Assembly: GCA_902796545.1 (NCBI GenBank)
Contig: CADBPF010000068.1
Location: 1-41,899, forward strand
Direction of reading: 5' to 3'
Source of the DNA: an uncultured Ruminococcus sp.
GTDB taxonomy: Bacteria; Bacillota; Clostridia; Oscillospirales; SIG627
Length of the DNA stretch: 41,899 nt
The notes under the pieces were generated by a model, which was not told the origin of the DNA, did no database searches, and saw nothing but the letters and a program-made list of their open reading frames with translations. Made by a program: the position numbers and the translations under genes. Shown piece after piece: positions 1-10,625 of this stretch. Within the stretch, counting starts at the first letter, position 1, and every line of letters starts with the position of its first letter.

Positions 1-1661
1 GACCGACGCCGGGTAACCCGCGCCCCACGCCGGGCGCCGCGCGTCCCGTACCGGGCAATCCGCGTCCCGCGCCAGGCGCTGCGCGTCCCGTGCCGGGCAA
101 TCCGCGCCCCGCACAAGGCGCCGCGCGTCCCGTACCGGGCAATCCGCGTCCCGCACAAGGCGCTGCGCGTCCCGTGCCGGGCAATCCGCGCCCCGCACAA
201 GGCGTCGCGCGTCCCGTACCGGGTAACCCGCGTCCCGCGCAAGGCGCCGTGCGTCCCGTACCGGGCAATCCGCAACCCGCGCAAGGAGCGGTTCGTCCGA
301 CCCCGGTCGAGGAGCGCCCCGCGCAAAGCGCGCCGCAGAACCCGGAAGGCAAGACCCGCGCTCTGCCCTTTGCCGCGCCGGGCTTTGCCGCGCCCGCGGT
401 ACCGGAAATTCGCCCGGAGAGCGCGCCTTTGACGAGCGCAAACGAAGCAAGCCCCGTGCCGCCTCCCGAGGCGACGCGCCGCGCTCCGGAGCCGGTTGAG
501 CGTAAGGCGACGCGGAAAGAAAAACGCCAAAAAGTCACTTCTGACGGCAGACCCGTCGAGATCCGCGATCGCGGCGGCGTGAGCTCCAGCATCCTGAAAG
601 CCTTATTGTATATCGTGTTCGTGCTGATCGTTTCCGGCTTTCTCGCGGTTTACGGCATCCGTGCCGCAAACGATATTTTCGCATTCGTCAAGGACGACGT
701 GACCGTGGAGGTCGAGATCCCCTCCGAGGCCAGCCTGAAAGAGGTCTCCGCGATCCTCTACGACAACGGTCTGATCGAGGACGCGAACTGGTTTCAATGG
801 TACACGGGCTTCAAGTACCGCAAAAAAGAGCTCGTGTTCGTCGGCGGCAAGCACACGCTGTCCTCCGCGATGAACTATAATTCCATGATCGCGGAGCTGA
901 CGCCGAAAAACGGCAGGACGATCGTCACCGTCACGATCCCCGAAGGCTTTACCGTGGACGAGATCATCGATCTGTTTTTGGAAAAAGGCATGGGCACGCG
1001 GGAAGGCTTTATCGACGCGATCCAGAACTACGATTATTCCTATCAGTTCTTGGACGTGCTGAATTCCATCGAGTTGTCGGAAAACCGGAAATACCGCCTG
1101 GAAGGCTATCTTTTCCCCGACACCTACGACTTTTACACCGATTCGAGCGAGATCGCGATCATCGACAAGATGCTCGCCGACTTCCAGGCGCGTTTCGAGG
1201 AAGAGGACTACGACCGCTGTATCGCGCTCGGCATGAATATCGACGAGGTCGTCACGCTTGCCTCGATCATCCAGGAGGAGGCGCACTTTTCCTCGGATAT
1301 GTACTATATCTCGGCGGTCTTCCACAACCGCCTGAACAATTCCGCGCAGTTCCCGTATCTGCAGTCGGACGCGACCGTGCAGTACGCCCTGCCGGAGCAC
1401 AAGGAACAACTCACGGGCGCCGACTTGCAGGTGGATTCACCGTATAACACGCATTTATACAAAGGTCTGCCTCCGGGAGCGATCTGCAGTCCGGGGATCG
1501 ACGCCATCACGGCGGCGCTCTACCCCGAGGACTATCTCGCGGAGTCGGGACAGAAGAGCTACTATTTCATCGCGGGAACGGACGGCTATTCGCTCTTTGC
1601 CGCGACCTACGACGGTCACTTGCGCAACCAGGCGGCCGTGGAAGCACAAAAGGCGGCGTAA
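1..1661 (+). CDS. mltG: Endolytic murein transglycosylase MltG (YceG-like), 5'-partial; reading frame (codons from nt 3) is open to the window edge
   Basis: C-terminal two thirds carries YceG/MltG hallmarks (TM helix ILKALLYIVFVLIVSGFLAVYGI, LFPDTYDFY, ASIIQEEA, LPPGAICSPG). The GTG at nt 90 in the ORF track is internal, because the same frame and the same repeat unit continue upstream to nt 3. Confidence 0.85.
   Translation, partial: PTPGNPRPTPGAARPVPGNPRPAPGAARPVPGNPRPAQGAARPVPGNPRPAQGAARPVPGNPRPAQGVARPVPGNPRPAQGAVRPVPGNPQPAQGAVRPTPVEERPAQSAPQNPEGKTRALPFAAPGFAAPAVPEIRPESAPLTSANEASPVPPPEATRRAPEPVERKATRKEKRQKVTSDGRPVEIRDRGGVSSSILKALLYIVFVLIVSGFLAVYGIRAANDIFAFVKDDVTVEVEIPSEASLKEVSAILYDNGLIEDANWFQWYTGFKYRKKELVFVGGKHTLSSAMNYNSMIAELTPKNGRTIVTVTIPEGFTVDEIIDLFLEKGMGTREGFIDAIQNYDYSYQFLDVLNSIELSENRKYRLEGYLFPDTYDFYTDSSEIAIIDKMLADFQARFEEEDYDRCIALGMNIDEVVTLASIIQEEAHFSSDMYYISAVFHNRLNNSAQFPYLQSDATVQYALPEHKEQLTGADLQVDSPYNTHLYKGLPPGAICSPGIDAITAALYPEDYLAESGQKSYYFIAGTDGYSLFAATYDGHLRNQAAVEAQKAA
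9..302 (+). repeat. Seven in-frame tandem copies of a 42-bp unit encoding PGNPRPAQGAARPV in the N-terminal part of MltG
   Basis: Units start at nt 9, 51, 93, 135, 177, 219 and 261. They are nearly identical at DNA level with scattered point differences. The array may continue upstream of the window. Confidence 0.9.
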
Positions 1662-1700
1662 GCCCGCCGCCCGCGCCCAGATCTCACAAAGGAGTATCGC

Positions 1701-2984
1701 ATGGATCTTATCACCGTTCTCGTCGCCTTTGCCGCGGCGCTTCTCGCCTCGCTCGTCGTGGGGCTGATCTGCGCCAAAGCCGCAAAGAGCGCGCGAAAGG
1801 AAACCGATTTTTCCAAAGATCTGGACGCCGCCAAGCGCGAGCTGCTCACAAGCCAGCAGACCGGGATGCAAACCATGGTCGGCACGCTCACGTTAAGCCA
1901 GAAAGAGGTCTTCGCGGGGCAGGACAAGCATATCGCGGATCTCAGACAGAGCGTGGAAAACTTCACGCAGCAGCAGGAGGCGCAGAACGCGTCGCTGCGT
2001 AAAAACCTCTTCGATCAGATGACCGTGATGCGCGAGGAGAACGAGAAAAAGCTCGCCGAGATCCGCGGCGTGGTCGATGAAAAACTGCAAAAGACGCTGG
2101 AAGACAAGCTTTCCAGCTCCTTCAAGCAGGTCAGCGAGCGCCTCGAGGCGGTCTATAAGGGGCTCGGCGAAATGCAGAGCCTCGCAAGCGGCGTGGGCGA
2201 TCTGAAAAAAGTGCTCATGAACGTGAAAACGCGCGGCAATTTCGGGGAATATCAGCTCGGCGCGATCCTTGAACAGATCCTCTCGCCCGAGCAGTACGAA
2301 GAAAACGTCGCCACCGTGCCGGGCAGCGCGAACCGCGTGGAATACGCGGTGAAACTACCCGGTAAAGAGGACGGCAAAAGCGTGTATCTGCCGATCGACT
2401 CGAAATTCCCGATGGACGCCTATTCCAACCTTTGCGACGCGCGCGACACGGGCGACGAGGGCGTGATACACGCCGCCGAAAAGGAACTGGAAGCGCGGAT
2501 CAAATCCTTTGCCAAAGACGTTTCGGATAAATATATCGACCCGCCGAACACCACGGATTTCGCGATCCTCTTTTTGCCCACCGAGGGGCTTTACGCCGAG
2601 GTGGTCCGCCGCGATCTGTTGAGCGAACTGCAGGCAAAATACAAGGTGAACGTCGCGGGGCCCACCACGATGGCGGCGCTGCTCAACAGCCTGCAAATGG
2701 GCTTCAAGACCTTGGCGATCCAGAAGCGTTCCTCCGAGGTCTGGGAGGTGCTCGGCGCCGTGCGCACGGAGTTCGAGCGCTTTGAAGACGTGCTGAACGC
2801 CACGCAATCCAGGCTCAATCAGGCAAACAAGGAACTGGACAAACTCGTCGGCGTGCGCACCCGCGCGATCAACGCGAAGCTGCGCAAGGTCGCCACTCTG
2901 CCGCAGAGCGACGCGGAAAAGCTTTTGTCGGAAGAAACGGCGGAGGCCGAGGGCGCGTTTTTCGGGGAGAACGGCGATGAGTGA
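1701..2984 (+). CDS. rmuC: DNA recombination protein RmuC
   Basis: N-terminal TM helix, long coiled-coil, then RmuC-type nuclease region ([31 protein letters not shown]). AAGGAG RBS lies upstream of the ATG. Confidence 0.85.
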   Translation: MDLITVLVAFAAALLASLVVGLICAKAAKSARKETDFSKDLDAAKRELLTSQQTGMQTMVGTLTLSQKEVFAGQDKHIADLRQSVENFTQQQEAQNASLRKNLFDQMTVMREENEKKLAEIRGVVDEKLQKTLEDKLSSSFKQVSERLEAVYKGLGEMQSLASGVGDLKKVLMNVKTRGNFGEYQLGAILEQILSPEQYEENVATVPGSANRVEYAVKLPGKEDGKSVYLPIDSKFPMDAYSNLCDARDTGDEGVIHAAEKELEARIKSFAKDVSDKYIDPPNTTDFAILFLPTEGLYAEVVRRDLLSELQAKYKVNVAGPTTMAALLNSLQMGFKTLAIQKRSSEVWEVLGAVRTEFERFEDVLNATQSRLNQANKELDKLVGVRTRAINAKLRKVATLPQSDAEKLLSEETAEAEGAFFGENGDE

Positions 2985-3441
2985 GGGCATTAAGATCCTT
3001 GCGCAGAACCGCAAAGCCTATCACGACTATTTCGTGGAGGAAAAACTGGAAGCGGGCATCGCGCTTTGCGGCACCGAGGTCAAGAGCGTGCGGCTCGGCA
3101 ATCTGAATCTGAAGGACTCCTATTGCGCCGCGCGCGGCGGGGAACTGTTTCTTCTGAATATGCACATCAGCCCCTACGAGCAGGGGAACCTTTTTAACCG
3201 CGATCCCTTGCGCGAGCGCAAACTGCTTTTGCACAAGCGCGAGATCCTGAAGCTGACCCAGGCCGTCGCGCGGGACGGATACAGCATCATCCCGCTTGCG
3301 GTCTATCTCAAACGCAGCCGGGTGAAGCTGGAAATCGGGCTTTGCCGCGGCAAAAAGCTGTACGATAAGCGCGAGAGCATTCAACAACGCGATCTGGAGC
3401 GGGAGAACCGCCGCTTCTTAAAAGAACGGGACCCATCATGA
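2977..3441 (+). CDS. smpB: SsrA-binding protein SmpB
   Basis: 154 aa with [29 protein letters not shown] and a basic C-terminal tail. Overlaps the rmuC stop by 8 nt. Confidence 0.95.
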   Translation: MSEGIKILAQNRKAYHDYFVEEKLEAGIALCGTEVKSVRLGNLNLKDSYCAARGGELFLLNMHISPYEQGNLFNRDPLRERKLLLHKREILKLTQAVARDGYSIIPLAVYLKRSRVKLEIGLCRGKKLYDKRESIQQRDLERENRRFLKERDPS

Positions 3442-5243
3442 CAAACCAGGACCACATTCGGAATTTTTCCATCATCGCCCATATCGACCACGGGAAAAGC
3501 ACGCTTGCCGACCGGCTTTTGGAATTGACCGGCGCCGTTGAAAAGCGGGAAATGACCGCGCAGGTGCTGGACGATATGGAGCTGGAGCGCGAGCGCGGCA
3601 TCACGATCAAATCCCGCGCCGTGCGCTTGAGTTATACGGATCCTTCCGGCGAGACTTACGAACTCAACCTGATCGACACGCCCGGCCACGTGGACTTCAA
3701 CTACGAGGTGAGCCGCAGTCTTTCCGCCTGCGAGGGCGCGCTTTTGGTCGTGGACGCGACCCAGGGCATCCAGGCGCAAACGCTTGCCAACGCGTATCTT
3801 GCCGTGGATCAGGATCTGGAGATCGTGCCGGTCATCAACAAAATCGACCTTGCCGCCGCCAACGTGGAAAAGGTCAAAGACGAGATCGAAACGGTCGTCG
3901 GCGTGGACGCGAGCATGGCGCCCGCGATCAGCGCGAAAACGGGCGAGAACGTGCCCGCGGTCCTGGACGCGATCGTCAGATTCATCCCGCCGCCCAAGGG
4001 CGACCCGGACGCGCCCGCCAAGGCGCTCATTTTCGACGCGGTCTATGACGCCTATCGCGGCGTGATCGTATATTTCCGCATCTTCGACGGATCTCTGAAG
4101 GTAGGGGACACCGTGCGGCTCATGGCCTGCGGCACGACCTACGAGATCCTGGAGCTCGGGCACATGGAGCCCTTCGGGCTTGCTCCCTGCAAGGAGCTTT
4201 TCGCGGGCGAGGTCGGCTATTTCACCGCCTCGATCAAAACGCTTTCCGACGCGCGCGTGGGCGATACCATCACCCTGGAAAACCGCCCGACGGATGCGCC
4301 CCTGTCCGGCTTCCGCGCGGCGCTTCCCGTGGTTTTTTCCGGCGTTTATCCCGCCGACGGCGCACGCTATCCCGACCTGCGCGACGCTTTGGAAAAGCTG
4401 CGCCTCAACGACGCGGCGCTTTCCTTTGAAGCGGAAACGAGCGCGGCTTTGGGCTTCGGCTTCCGCTGCGGGTTTTTGGGGCTTTTGCACATGGAGATCG
4501 TTTTAGAGCGCCTGGAACGCGAGTTTTCCCTGAACCTCATCACGACGGCGCCGAGCGTGATCTACGAATTGAAGCTGACAAACGGCGAGACGATCCACGT
4601 CGATAACCCCGCGGACTATCCGAGCGCGGACCGGATCGCGGAGGCCTACGAGCCCGTGGTGAAGGCGAGCATCATCACCCCCGCGGAATACGTGGGCGGC
4701 ATCATGGATCTGTGCCAGGATCGCCGCGGCGTGTTCAAGGATATGAAGTACCTCTCCGCGGACCGCGCGGAGCTGCATTACCTCTTGCCCTTAAACGAGA
4801 TCGTGTACGACTTTTTCGACGCGCTCAAAAGCCGCACGCGCGGATACGCCTCGTTTGACTACGAGCGCGCGGATTATCAGAAGAGCGATCTTGTGAAGCT
4901 CGACATCCTTTTAAACGGCGAGAGCGTGGACGCGCTGTCCTTTATCGTCCACTCGGAAAAAGCGTATCCCAGAGCCCGGCGCATCGTGGAAAAACTCAAA
5001 GAAAACATCCCGCGCCAGCTCTTCGAGATCCCCGTGCAGGCGGCGATTGGCGGCAGGGTGATCGCCCGCGAAACGGTACGCGCCTTGCGCAAAGACGTGC
5101 TTGCCAAGTGCTACGGCGGCGACATTACCCGAAAAAAGAAGCTCTTGGAAAAGCAAAAAGAGGGCAAGAAGAAGATGCGCTCGCTCGGTACGGTCGAGGT
5201 CTCGCCGGAAGCCTTCATGGCGGTCTTGAAATTGGATGAATAA
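3438..5243 (+). CDS. lepA: Translation elongation factor 4 (LepA)
   Basis: [21 protein letters not shown]1 motif, [13 protein letters not shown], and the LepA-specific C-terminal domain. ATGA overlap with smpB. Confidence 0.97.
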   Translation: MTNQDHIRNFSIIAHIDHGKSTLADRLLELTGAVEKREMTAQVLDDMELERERGITIKSRAVRLSYTDPSGETYELNLIDTPGHVDFNYEVSRSLSACEGALLVVDATQGIQAQTLANAYLAVDQDLEIVPVINKIDLAAANVEKVKDEIETVVGVDASMAPAISAKTGENVPAVLDAIVRFIPPPKGDPDAPAKALIFDAVYDAYRGVIVYFRIFDGSLKVGDTVRLMACGTTYEILELGHMEPFGLAPCKELFAGEVGYFTASIKTLSDARVGDTITLENRPTDAPLSGFRAALPVVFSGVYPADGARYPDLRDALEKLRLNDAALSFEAETSAALGFGFRCGFLGLLHMEIVLERLEREFSLNLITTAPSVIYELKLTNGETIHVDNPADYPSADRIAEAYEPVVKASIITPAEYVGGIMDLCQDRRGVFKDMKYLSADRAELHYLLPLNEIVYDFFDALKSRTRGYASFDYERADYQKSDLVKLDILLNGESVDALSFIVHSEKAYPRARRIVEKLKENIPRQLFEIPVQAAIGGRVIARETVRALRKDVLAKCYGGDITRKKKLLEKQKEGKKKMRSLGTVEVSPEAFMAVLKLDE

Positions 5244-6360
5244 CACGCTCGGGCTCTATTTGCATATCCCGTTTTGCCTGCGCAAATGCGGGTACTGCGA
5301 TTTCTATTCCGTGACCGATCGGACCCGGACCGACGCCTTTGTCGATTCGCTCTGCGCGCAGATCCGCGGCGCGGCGCAAATCGCAAAAGAACCGGTCGAT
5401 ACCGTGTTTTTCGGCGGCGGCACGCCCTCGCTGCTTTCCGTAAAGCAGTTGGAGCGCGTGTTTTGCGCTCTGACGGCGTTTTCGATCGCGCCGGACGCGG
5501 AGATCAGCATGGAGGTCAATCCCGCCACGGCAAACGAGGCGGCTTTCCGCGCTTATCGCGCGCTCGGCGTCAACCGGTTGAGTATCGGGATGCAGTCGGC
5601 GTCGGACAGGGAGCTAAAATGGCTTTCCCGCGTCCATAGTGCCGCCGATACCGTGAAGACCGTGCGCGAACTGACGCGCGCGGGATTTGACAATTTCAAT
5701 CTCGATCTCATCTACGGCTTAAAGGAGCAAACGGCGCGGGATTTTGAAGCGTCGGTTTGCGCCGCGCTCGAGCTTTGCCCCACGCATCTCTCGCTTTACG
5801 CGCTTACCCTTTCCGAAACCGTGCCGCTGTATGCCGAGCGGGCGCGGCTTTCTCCGGACGAAGTGCAGGAAACGCAGTATCTGCGCGCCTGCGAGCGCTT
5901 GCGGGAAGCGGGCATGGCGCAGTACGAGATCTCCAATTTCGCTTCTCCCGGGTTTGCGTGCGCCCACAACCTGAAATACTGGACGCGCGCGCCCTATCTC
6001 GGCTTCGGACCGGGCGCGAGTTCGTTTTATTCCGGGCGCCGCTTCGAGATCGCGCCGGATCTGGACGCCTATTGCGGCAAGCCGCCCGGGCTCGAAGAGC
6101 TTTTGGAACGGGCGCCCGCGCTCTCGGAAACGGATGCGCTGACCGAGGAGCTGATCCTCGCTTTGCGCCTGACCCGCGGCATCGACGCGCGCGCCTACGC
6201 CGGAAAACTCAAAGACGGACGCCGGTTTTTATCCGAGCTCGACGGGCTGATACCAGCGGGCTTTGCGGCGGAAACGGACGGGCGCGTCCGGCTGACGCAA
6301 AACGGCTTTTTGGTCTCAAACGAGATCCTTGCGCGCTTACTTTGCGCCGCGGGACTTTGA
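5236..6360 (+). CDS. hemW: Radical SAM family heme chaperone HemW / oxygen-independent coproporphyrinogen oxidase-like
   Basis: [17 protein letters not shown] (CxxxCxxC radical-SAM motif), [15 protein letters not shown]. Conserved lepA-hemW(hemN) adjacency. Confidence 0.88.
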   Translation: MNNTLGLYLHIPFCLRKCGYCDFYSVTDRTRTDAFVDSLCAQIRGAAQIAKEPVDTVFFGGGTPSLLSVKQLERVFCALTAFSIAPDAEISMEVNPATANEAAFRAYRALGVNRLSIGMQSASDRELKWLSRVHSAADTVKTVRELTRAGFDNFNLDLIYGLKEQTARDFEASVCAALELCPTHLSLYALTLSETVPLYAERARLSPDEVQETQYLRACERLREAGMAQYEISNFASPGFACAHNLKYWTRAPYLGFGPGASSFYSGRRFEIAPDLDAYCGKPPGLEELLERAPALSETDALTEELILALRLTRGIDARAYAGKLKDGRRFLSELDGLIPAGFAAETDGRVRLTQNGFLVSNEILARLLCAAGL

Positions 6361-6370
6361 AAGGAACGCT

Positions 6371-7510
6371 ATGAAACGAAAACTGATCGCGCTGTTGTTG
6401 TGCGTCTGCACCGTGCTGTGCGCGCTTTGCGCCTGCGCAAATCAAACGGAAGACGGCGTGCCGCAGGGAAAAATGCGCGCCAAAAGCGCCGCCTTGGGTC
6501 TTTGGATCTTCTATCCGGAGGCCTGGTCGGTCGTGGAAAACGACACGGTTTTGAAGATCGCGTCCTACGAAGAGACCACGCTTTCCAATCCGGACGCGTA
6601 CGTGTATGCGCAGGACGCCTCCGTTTCGCTTGCCAATCTCGTGGTCGTGCGGCTCGATACCGGCAAGGAGGGCGCGCAAGACCTGGACGAATACGCAAAC
6701 GAGGTCTATCCTGCGCTTTTTTCGGACGATTACGTGTTCGATACCACTCCCGAGCGCCCCGCCGCGGGCACGACGCCGCGCGTGATCTATACCTATCACA
6801 AGCTGGACGCGCAAGGCAAGGTGCAATACCGCTTCTGTCAATGCCTCGCCGAGCATTCCGGCGCGATCTACGCCGTGACCTTCACCGCGACGGACAATCT
6901 CTTTTCGCAGTTCTTGTCCGAGGCAAAGGAAGCGATGCTTTCTTTGACCTTCGAGTTTGTTCCGGACGGGGAGAACACGCCGATTGCCAATCCCGCGTCC
7001 GCGCCCGTTATGACGGGCACGATCCCGCAAAAGGCGGGATACGCCGTCCTCACGAACGACGGCGTGCCGTATTACCTGTATTATCCGGAAAACGAGTTTA
7101 CCCCGGTGGCGGAATCCGGTTTTCTGGCGCTGGAAGCGAGCGATCACGCGAGCGTCAGCGTCAGCACCTTCGATCGGGGAAGCACGGAGTTTACCAATCT
7201 CAGCGCGTATCTCGATGAACGGTATTTCGTCGAGTTCGATAAGCTTTACGGCTCCCATACCGAATTGAGCCGCCGCACGGAGGAGCTTGCCGACCGCAGT
7301 CTGTGCGAGGTGGAGTTTACGAGCGTGATCTCGGGCGAAGCGTACCGCTTCCGGCTTTCGCTGTTGTACCACGCCTCGATTTTGGAGGGCCCGATCAGCC
7401 TCGTGACCGGGGATCTGATCTGTCTTGTGCTTTATACCGCGCGCGACGCGGACTACGAAACGCACCTTGCGTCGGTGGATGCGATCGTGCGGGAACTGAG
7501 CTTCAAATAA
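6371..7510 (+). CDS. Putative lipoprotein of unknown function
   Basis: ATG at 6371 gives MKRKLIALLLCVCTVLCALCACANQ (signal peptide plus lipobox-like LCAC). The ORF-track start at 6329 overlaps the hemW end and lacks a signal peptide. I recognise no family. Confidence 0.6.
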   Translation: MKRKLIALLLCVCTVLCALCACANQTEDGVPQGKMRAKSAALGLWIFYPEAWSVVENDTVLKIASYEETTLSNPDAYVYAQDASVSLANLVVVRLDTGKEGAQDLDEYANEVYPALFSDDYVFDTTPERPAAGTTPRVIYTYHKLDAQGKVQYRFCQCLAEHSGAIYAVTFTATDNLFSQFLSEAKEAMLSLTFEFVPDGENTPIANPASAPVMTGTIPQKAGYAVLTNDGVPYYLYYPENEFTPVAESGFLALEASDHASVSVSTFDRGSTEFTNLSAYLDERYFVEFDKLYGSHTELSRRTEELADRSLCEVEFTSVISGEAYRFRLSLLYHASILEGPISLVTGDLICLVLYTARDADYETHLASVDAIVRELSFK

Positions 7511-7535
7511 TCTGAACGACGGAGAAAAACGATCG

Positions 7536-8639
7536 ATGAAAAAAGACAAAAAACCGCGCGATTGCAGACTCGGCGCCGTGGGTGGACAGGCGGTGCTCGA
7601 GGGCGTGATGATGCGCTCGAAATCCAATTGCGCCACCGCCGTGCGCGTGACCGAAACGGGAAAGATCGTGCGCAAAAAACTGCAAGTCAAGTCCGTGATG
7701 CAGACCAAAACCCTCTCCAAGATCCCGATCTTGCGCGGGGTGGTCAACTTCGTGGAAACGATGAAGCTGTCCTTTTCCATCCTCACCTTTTCCGCGGAAG
7801 CGCAGGGTCTGGAGGAAGAAACGCGCTTTGAGAAATGGCTTGCCAAGACCTTCGGCAAATCGCTTGCCGCCTTCGCCGCCATGGTCGGCGTGGTGCTCGG
7901 CGTGGCGCTTTCCGTGGGGCTGTTCATCTGGCTGCCGAAATTCGTGTCCGATCTGATCGTTTCGCGCGAAGTCAGCGTCTTTCTGAACGCGCTTCTGCAG
8001 GGCGGCATCCGGATTCTGATCTTTATTTCCTATATCTTCTTGACCGGGCTCATGCCGGATATCCGCCGGACCTACGAGTATCACGGCGCGGAGCACAAGA
8101 GCATTTTCTGCTATGAAAAGCACCTGGACCTCACCGTGGAAAACGTGAAAAAGCAGCGCCGCTTCCATCCGCGCTGCGGCACGAGCTTTTTCTTCGTGAT
8201 GATGATTTTAGGCATTTTCATTTCGATCTTTTTGAATTTCATCCCGTTGGACGCCGCGGTCCTCGGCGTGTTTGGCGCAAATCTCATCTATACGCTGCTG
8301 AAGCTCCTCACGATCCCGGTCGTCGTCGGCGTCGGCTACGAGATCATCCGCTACGCGGGCCTGCACGATAACGGGCTCGTGCGCGTCCTGACCGCCCCCG
8401 GGCTCTGGATGCAGCGCTTGACCACGCGCGAACCGAAGGACGATGAGATCGAAGTGGCGCTCGTTGCCTTGAAGAGCGCGCTGGAACAAGAATTTTCCGA
8501 TGAAGATCTCGTCGCGCATCTGCCGCCAGAGGAGCGCGAGGAGCAGTTGAAATCGATCCTCGGCACCACCGGGGTCAAAACGGAAGAAACGGCCGAAGAA
8601 AGCGCGCCTGTCGATGATCCGGACCAAAGCGGAATGTAA
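7536..8639 (+). CDS. DUF1385 (YqhQ-like) membrane protein
   Basis: GGQAVLEGVMMR signature, YHGAEHK motif and multiple TM helices. Its position immediately upstream of prmC is typical for this family. Confidence 0.8.
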   Translation: MKKDKKPRDCRLGAVGGQAVLEGVMMRSKSNCATAVRVTETGKIVRKKLQVKSVMQTKTLSKIPILRGVVNFVETMKLSFSILTFSAEAQGLEEETRFEKWLAKTFGKSLAAFAAMVGVVLGVALSVGLFIWLPKFVSDLIVSREVSVFLNALLQGGIRILIFISYIFLTGLMPDIRRTYEYHGAEHKSIFCYEKHLDLTVENVKKQRRFHPRCGTSFFFVMMILGIFISIFLNFIPLDAAVLGVFGANLIYTLLKLLTIPVVVGVGYEIIRYAGLHDNGLVRVLTAPGLWMQRLTTREPKDDEIEVALVALKSALEQEFSDEDLVAHLPPEEREEQLKSILGTTGVKTEETAEESAPVDDPDQSGM

Positions 8640-9453
8640 GCGGCGCTACGACGCCGCGCCGGGAGCGGAAGATTTTTTCACCTTTCCCGTCTTCTTTGCC
8701 GCCTTGTGCGAAAAGCACGCGCTCGACCGGTTTTCGCGGGACGTTTTGAGTAAGGAAGCGCGCGGCGCGCTGTTATCCGACGCGGACAAGCTTTTGTCCG
8801 GCTATCCCTTGCAGTATTATCTCGGCGAAGCGGAGTTTTTCGGACAGATGTTTCAGATCTCCGAGGGGGTGCTGATCCCCCGCGCCGATACCGAGGTGCT
8901 GGTGCGCGAGGCGCTTGCCTGCTTGCCGGAAAACGGGGTTTTGTACGATCTCTGCTGCGGCTCCGGCTGTATCGCGATCAGCGTTTTGCACAAGCGCCCC
9001 GACGCGTTCGCGGTCGCGGTGGATCTCTCGGACCGGGCGCTGGAATGCGCTTCGGTCAACGCCTTGCGCTTTCAGGTGCGCGACCGGCTCATTTTCCGAA
9101 AACGCGATCTCTTGCGCGAAAGCGCCGCGCAAAAGAAAGCGGATCTGATCTGTATGAATCCGCCCTATATCCGCACGGCGGTGATAGAAACCCTGCCCGA
9201 AAACGTTAAGCGCGAGCCGCGCCTCGCGCTGGACGGCGGCGCGGACGGGCTTATCTTTTACCGCGCGATCCTTTCGCGGCTTTCGCAGATCTTAAAGGAA
9301 GACGGCGTCGCCCTCTTTGAGATCGGCTTCGATCAGGGCGCGGATCTTATGCGTCTTGCGGACGCTTACGGCTGTTTTGCCTCGATTTTGCCCGACCTTG
9401 GCGGGCGCGATCGGGCGGCGAAAATAACGCTTGCGAAATCTCGGAGTATATGA
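8614..9453 (+). CDS. prmC: Peptide chain release factor N5-glutamine methyltransferase PrmC (HemK)
   Basis: PLQYYLGEAEFFG, VLIPRADTE, DLCCGSGCIA (SAM-binding motif), NPPY catalytic motif (CMNPPYI). Confidence 0.9.
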   Translation: MIRTKAECKRRYDAAPGAEDFFTFPVFFAALCEKHALDRFSRDVLSKEARGALLSDADKLLSGYPLQYYLGEAEFFGQMFQISEGVLIPRADTEVLVREALACLPENGVLYDLCCGSGCIAISVLHKRPDAFAVAVDLSDRALECASVNALRFQVRDRLIFRKRDLLRESAAQKKADLICMNPPYIRTAVIETLPENVKREPRLALDGGADGLIFYRAILSRLSQILKEDGVALFEIGFDQGADLMRLADAYGCFASILPDLGGRDRAAKITLAKSRSI

Positions 9454-9459
9454 TAGAAT
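9431..9459 (+). promoter_or_regulatory. Putative sigma-A promoter upstream of recA (TTGCGA-17 nt-TAGAAT)
   Basis: -35 TTGCGA at 9431-9436, 17-nt spacer, -10 TAGAAT at 9454-9459, about 40 nt upstream of the recA ATG. Sequence match only. Confidence 0.4.
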
Positions 9460-9500
9460 AAATACGAAAAATCGGAAATCGAGCAAAAAGGAGAAACAAA

Positions 9501-10625
9501 ATGGCGATCAAAGCAAAAGAAGAAGCGACGGAACCGGTAGCGGATAAGAAAAAGGCGATCTCTACCGCCATGGGACAGATCGAGAAAAAGTACGGCAAAG
9601 GCTCGATCATGACGCTCGGGAAAAACGTGGAAATGAACGTGAGCGCGATCCCCACGGGGTCGATCGCGCTGGATCTCGCGCTCGGGATCGGCGGCGTGCC
9701 GCGCGGCAGGATCGTGGAGATCTACGGACCGGAGTCCTCCGGGAAAACCACCGTTGCGCTGCATATCGTGGCGCAGACCCAGAAGATGGGCGGCGAAGCC
9801 GCGTTTATCGACGCGGAACACGCGCTCGATCCGGTTTACGCCAAGGCGCTCGGCGTGAATATCGACGAGTTGTTGGTCTCCCAGCCGGATTCCGGCGAGC
9901 AGGCTTTGGAGATCGCGGAGGCGCTCGTGCGCTCCGACGCGATCGACGTGCTCGTGGTGGACTCCGTGGCGGCGCTCGTGCCGCGCGCGGAGATCGAGGG
10001 CGAAATGGGCATGAGCGCCATGGGGATGCAGGCGCGCATGATGAGCCAGGCGCTGCGCAAGCTTTCCGGCGCCGTGTCCAAGAGCAAATGCGTCCTGATC
10101 TTCATCAACCAGCTGCGGGAAAAAGTCGGCGTGATCTACGGCAATCCCGAGGTCACCACCGGCGGGCGCGCCCTGCGCTTCTACGCGAGCGTGCGCATCG
10201 ACGTGCGCCGCGGCGAGCAGCTCAAAGACAAGACCGAGATCATCGGCAACCATATCAAATGCAAGGTCGCGAAGAATAAGGTCGCACCGCCCTTCAAAAC
10301 GGCGGAATTCGACATTCTCTACGGTCAGGGCATTTCCCACGAGAGCGAACTGATCGACATGGGCGTGGCGCTCGGCGTGATCGAAAAGAGCGGCTCCTGG
10401 TTCGCTTACGGCGGAGAACGGATCGGTCAGGGCAGGGACAACACCCGCGCCTACTTAAAAGAAAACAAGGCGCTTTCCGACGAGATCGAACAGAAGATCC
10501 GCGCGGCGGCAAGCGTCAAAGAGGGCGAGGGCTTGAGTTACGATCAGACAAGCGACGCTCCTGCCGCCGCTCCCGCTCCCGCGTCCGAGGAAGAGGACGA
10601 ATTGGATCTCGGTGATCTCGAATGA
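9501..10625 (+). CDS. recA: Recombinase RecA
   Basis: [16 protein letters not shown] Walker [26 protein letters not shown], acidic C-terminal tail. AAAGGAG RBS. Confidence 0.98.
   Translation: MAIKAKEEATEPVADKKKAISTAMGQIEKKYGKGSIMTLGKNVEMNVSAIPTGSIALDLALGIGGVPRGRIVEIYGPESSGKTTVALHIVAQTQKMGGEAAFIDAEHALDPVYAKALGVNIDELLVSQPDSGEQALEIAEALVRSDAIDVLVVDSVAALVPRAEIEGEMGMSAMGMQARMMSQALRKLSGAVSKSKCVLIFINQLREKVGVIYGNPEVTTGGRALRFYASVRIDVRRGEQLKDKTEIIGNHIKCKVAKNKVAPPFKTAEFDILYGQGISHESELIDMGVALGVIEKSGSWFAYGGERIGQGRDNTRAYLKENKALSDEIEQKIRAAASVKEGEGLSYDQTSDAPAAAPAPASEEEDELDLGDLE

Noticed and set aside
1-302. Regularly spaced 42-bp repeats as a possible CRISPR array
   Set aside because: The repeats are directly abutting with no spacers, are in frame within an ORF, and encode a consistent peptide unit. 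No cas genes are present.
90-1661. GTG at nt 90 as the start codon of the MltG-like gene
   Set aside because: The same reading frame and the same 42-bp repeat unit continue without a stop back to nt 3, so the gene is 5'-truncated by the window and the GTG is an internal Val codon.
5274-7218. Alternative-frame + strand ORFs inside hemW and the lipoprotein gene (for example 5757-6374 at 205 aa and 6400-7218 at 272 aa)
   Set aside because: They are extremely Arg-rich off-frame translations of genes with clear identities, which is a typical GC-rich frame artefact.
6209-8008. 599-aa minus-strand ORF, the longest reverse-strand ORF in the track. Similar long minus-strand ORFs lie at 603-1409, 3381-4490, 9366-10340, 14359-15543, 18233-19561, 26500-27459, 31879-33060, 33736-34581 and 35523-36512.
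   Set aside because: Each lies antisense to, and often spans several of, + strand genes that have unmistakable family motifs. Their translations are Arg/Ala/Gly/His-rich low-information sequences, typical of shadow ORFs in GC-rich DNA, and no RBS or family signature was recognised.
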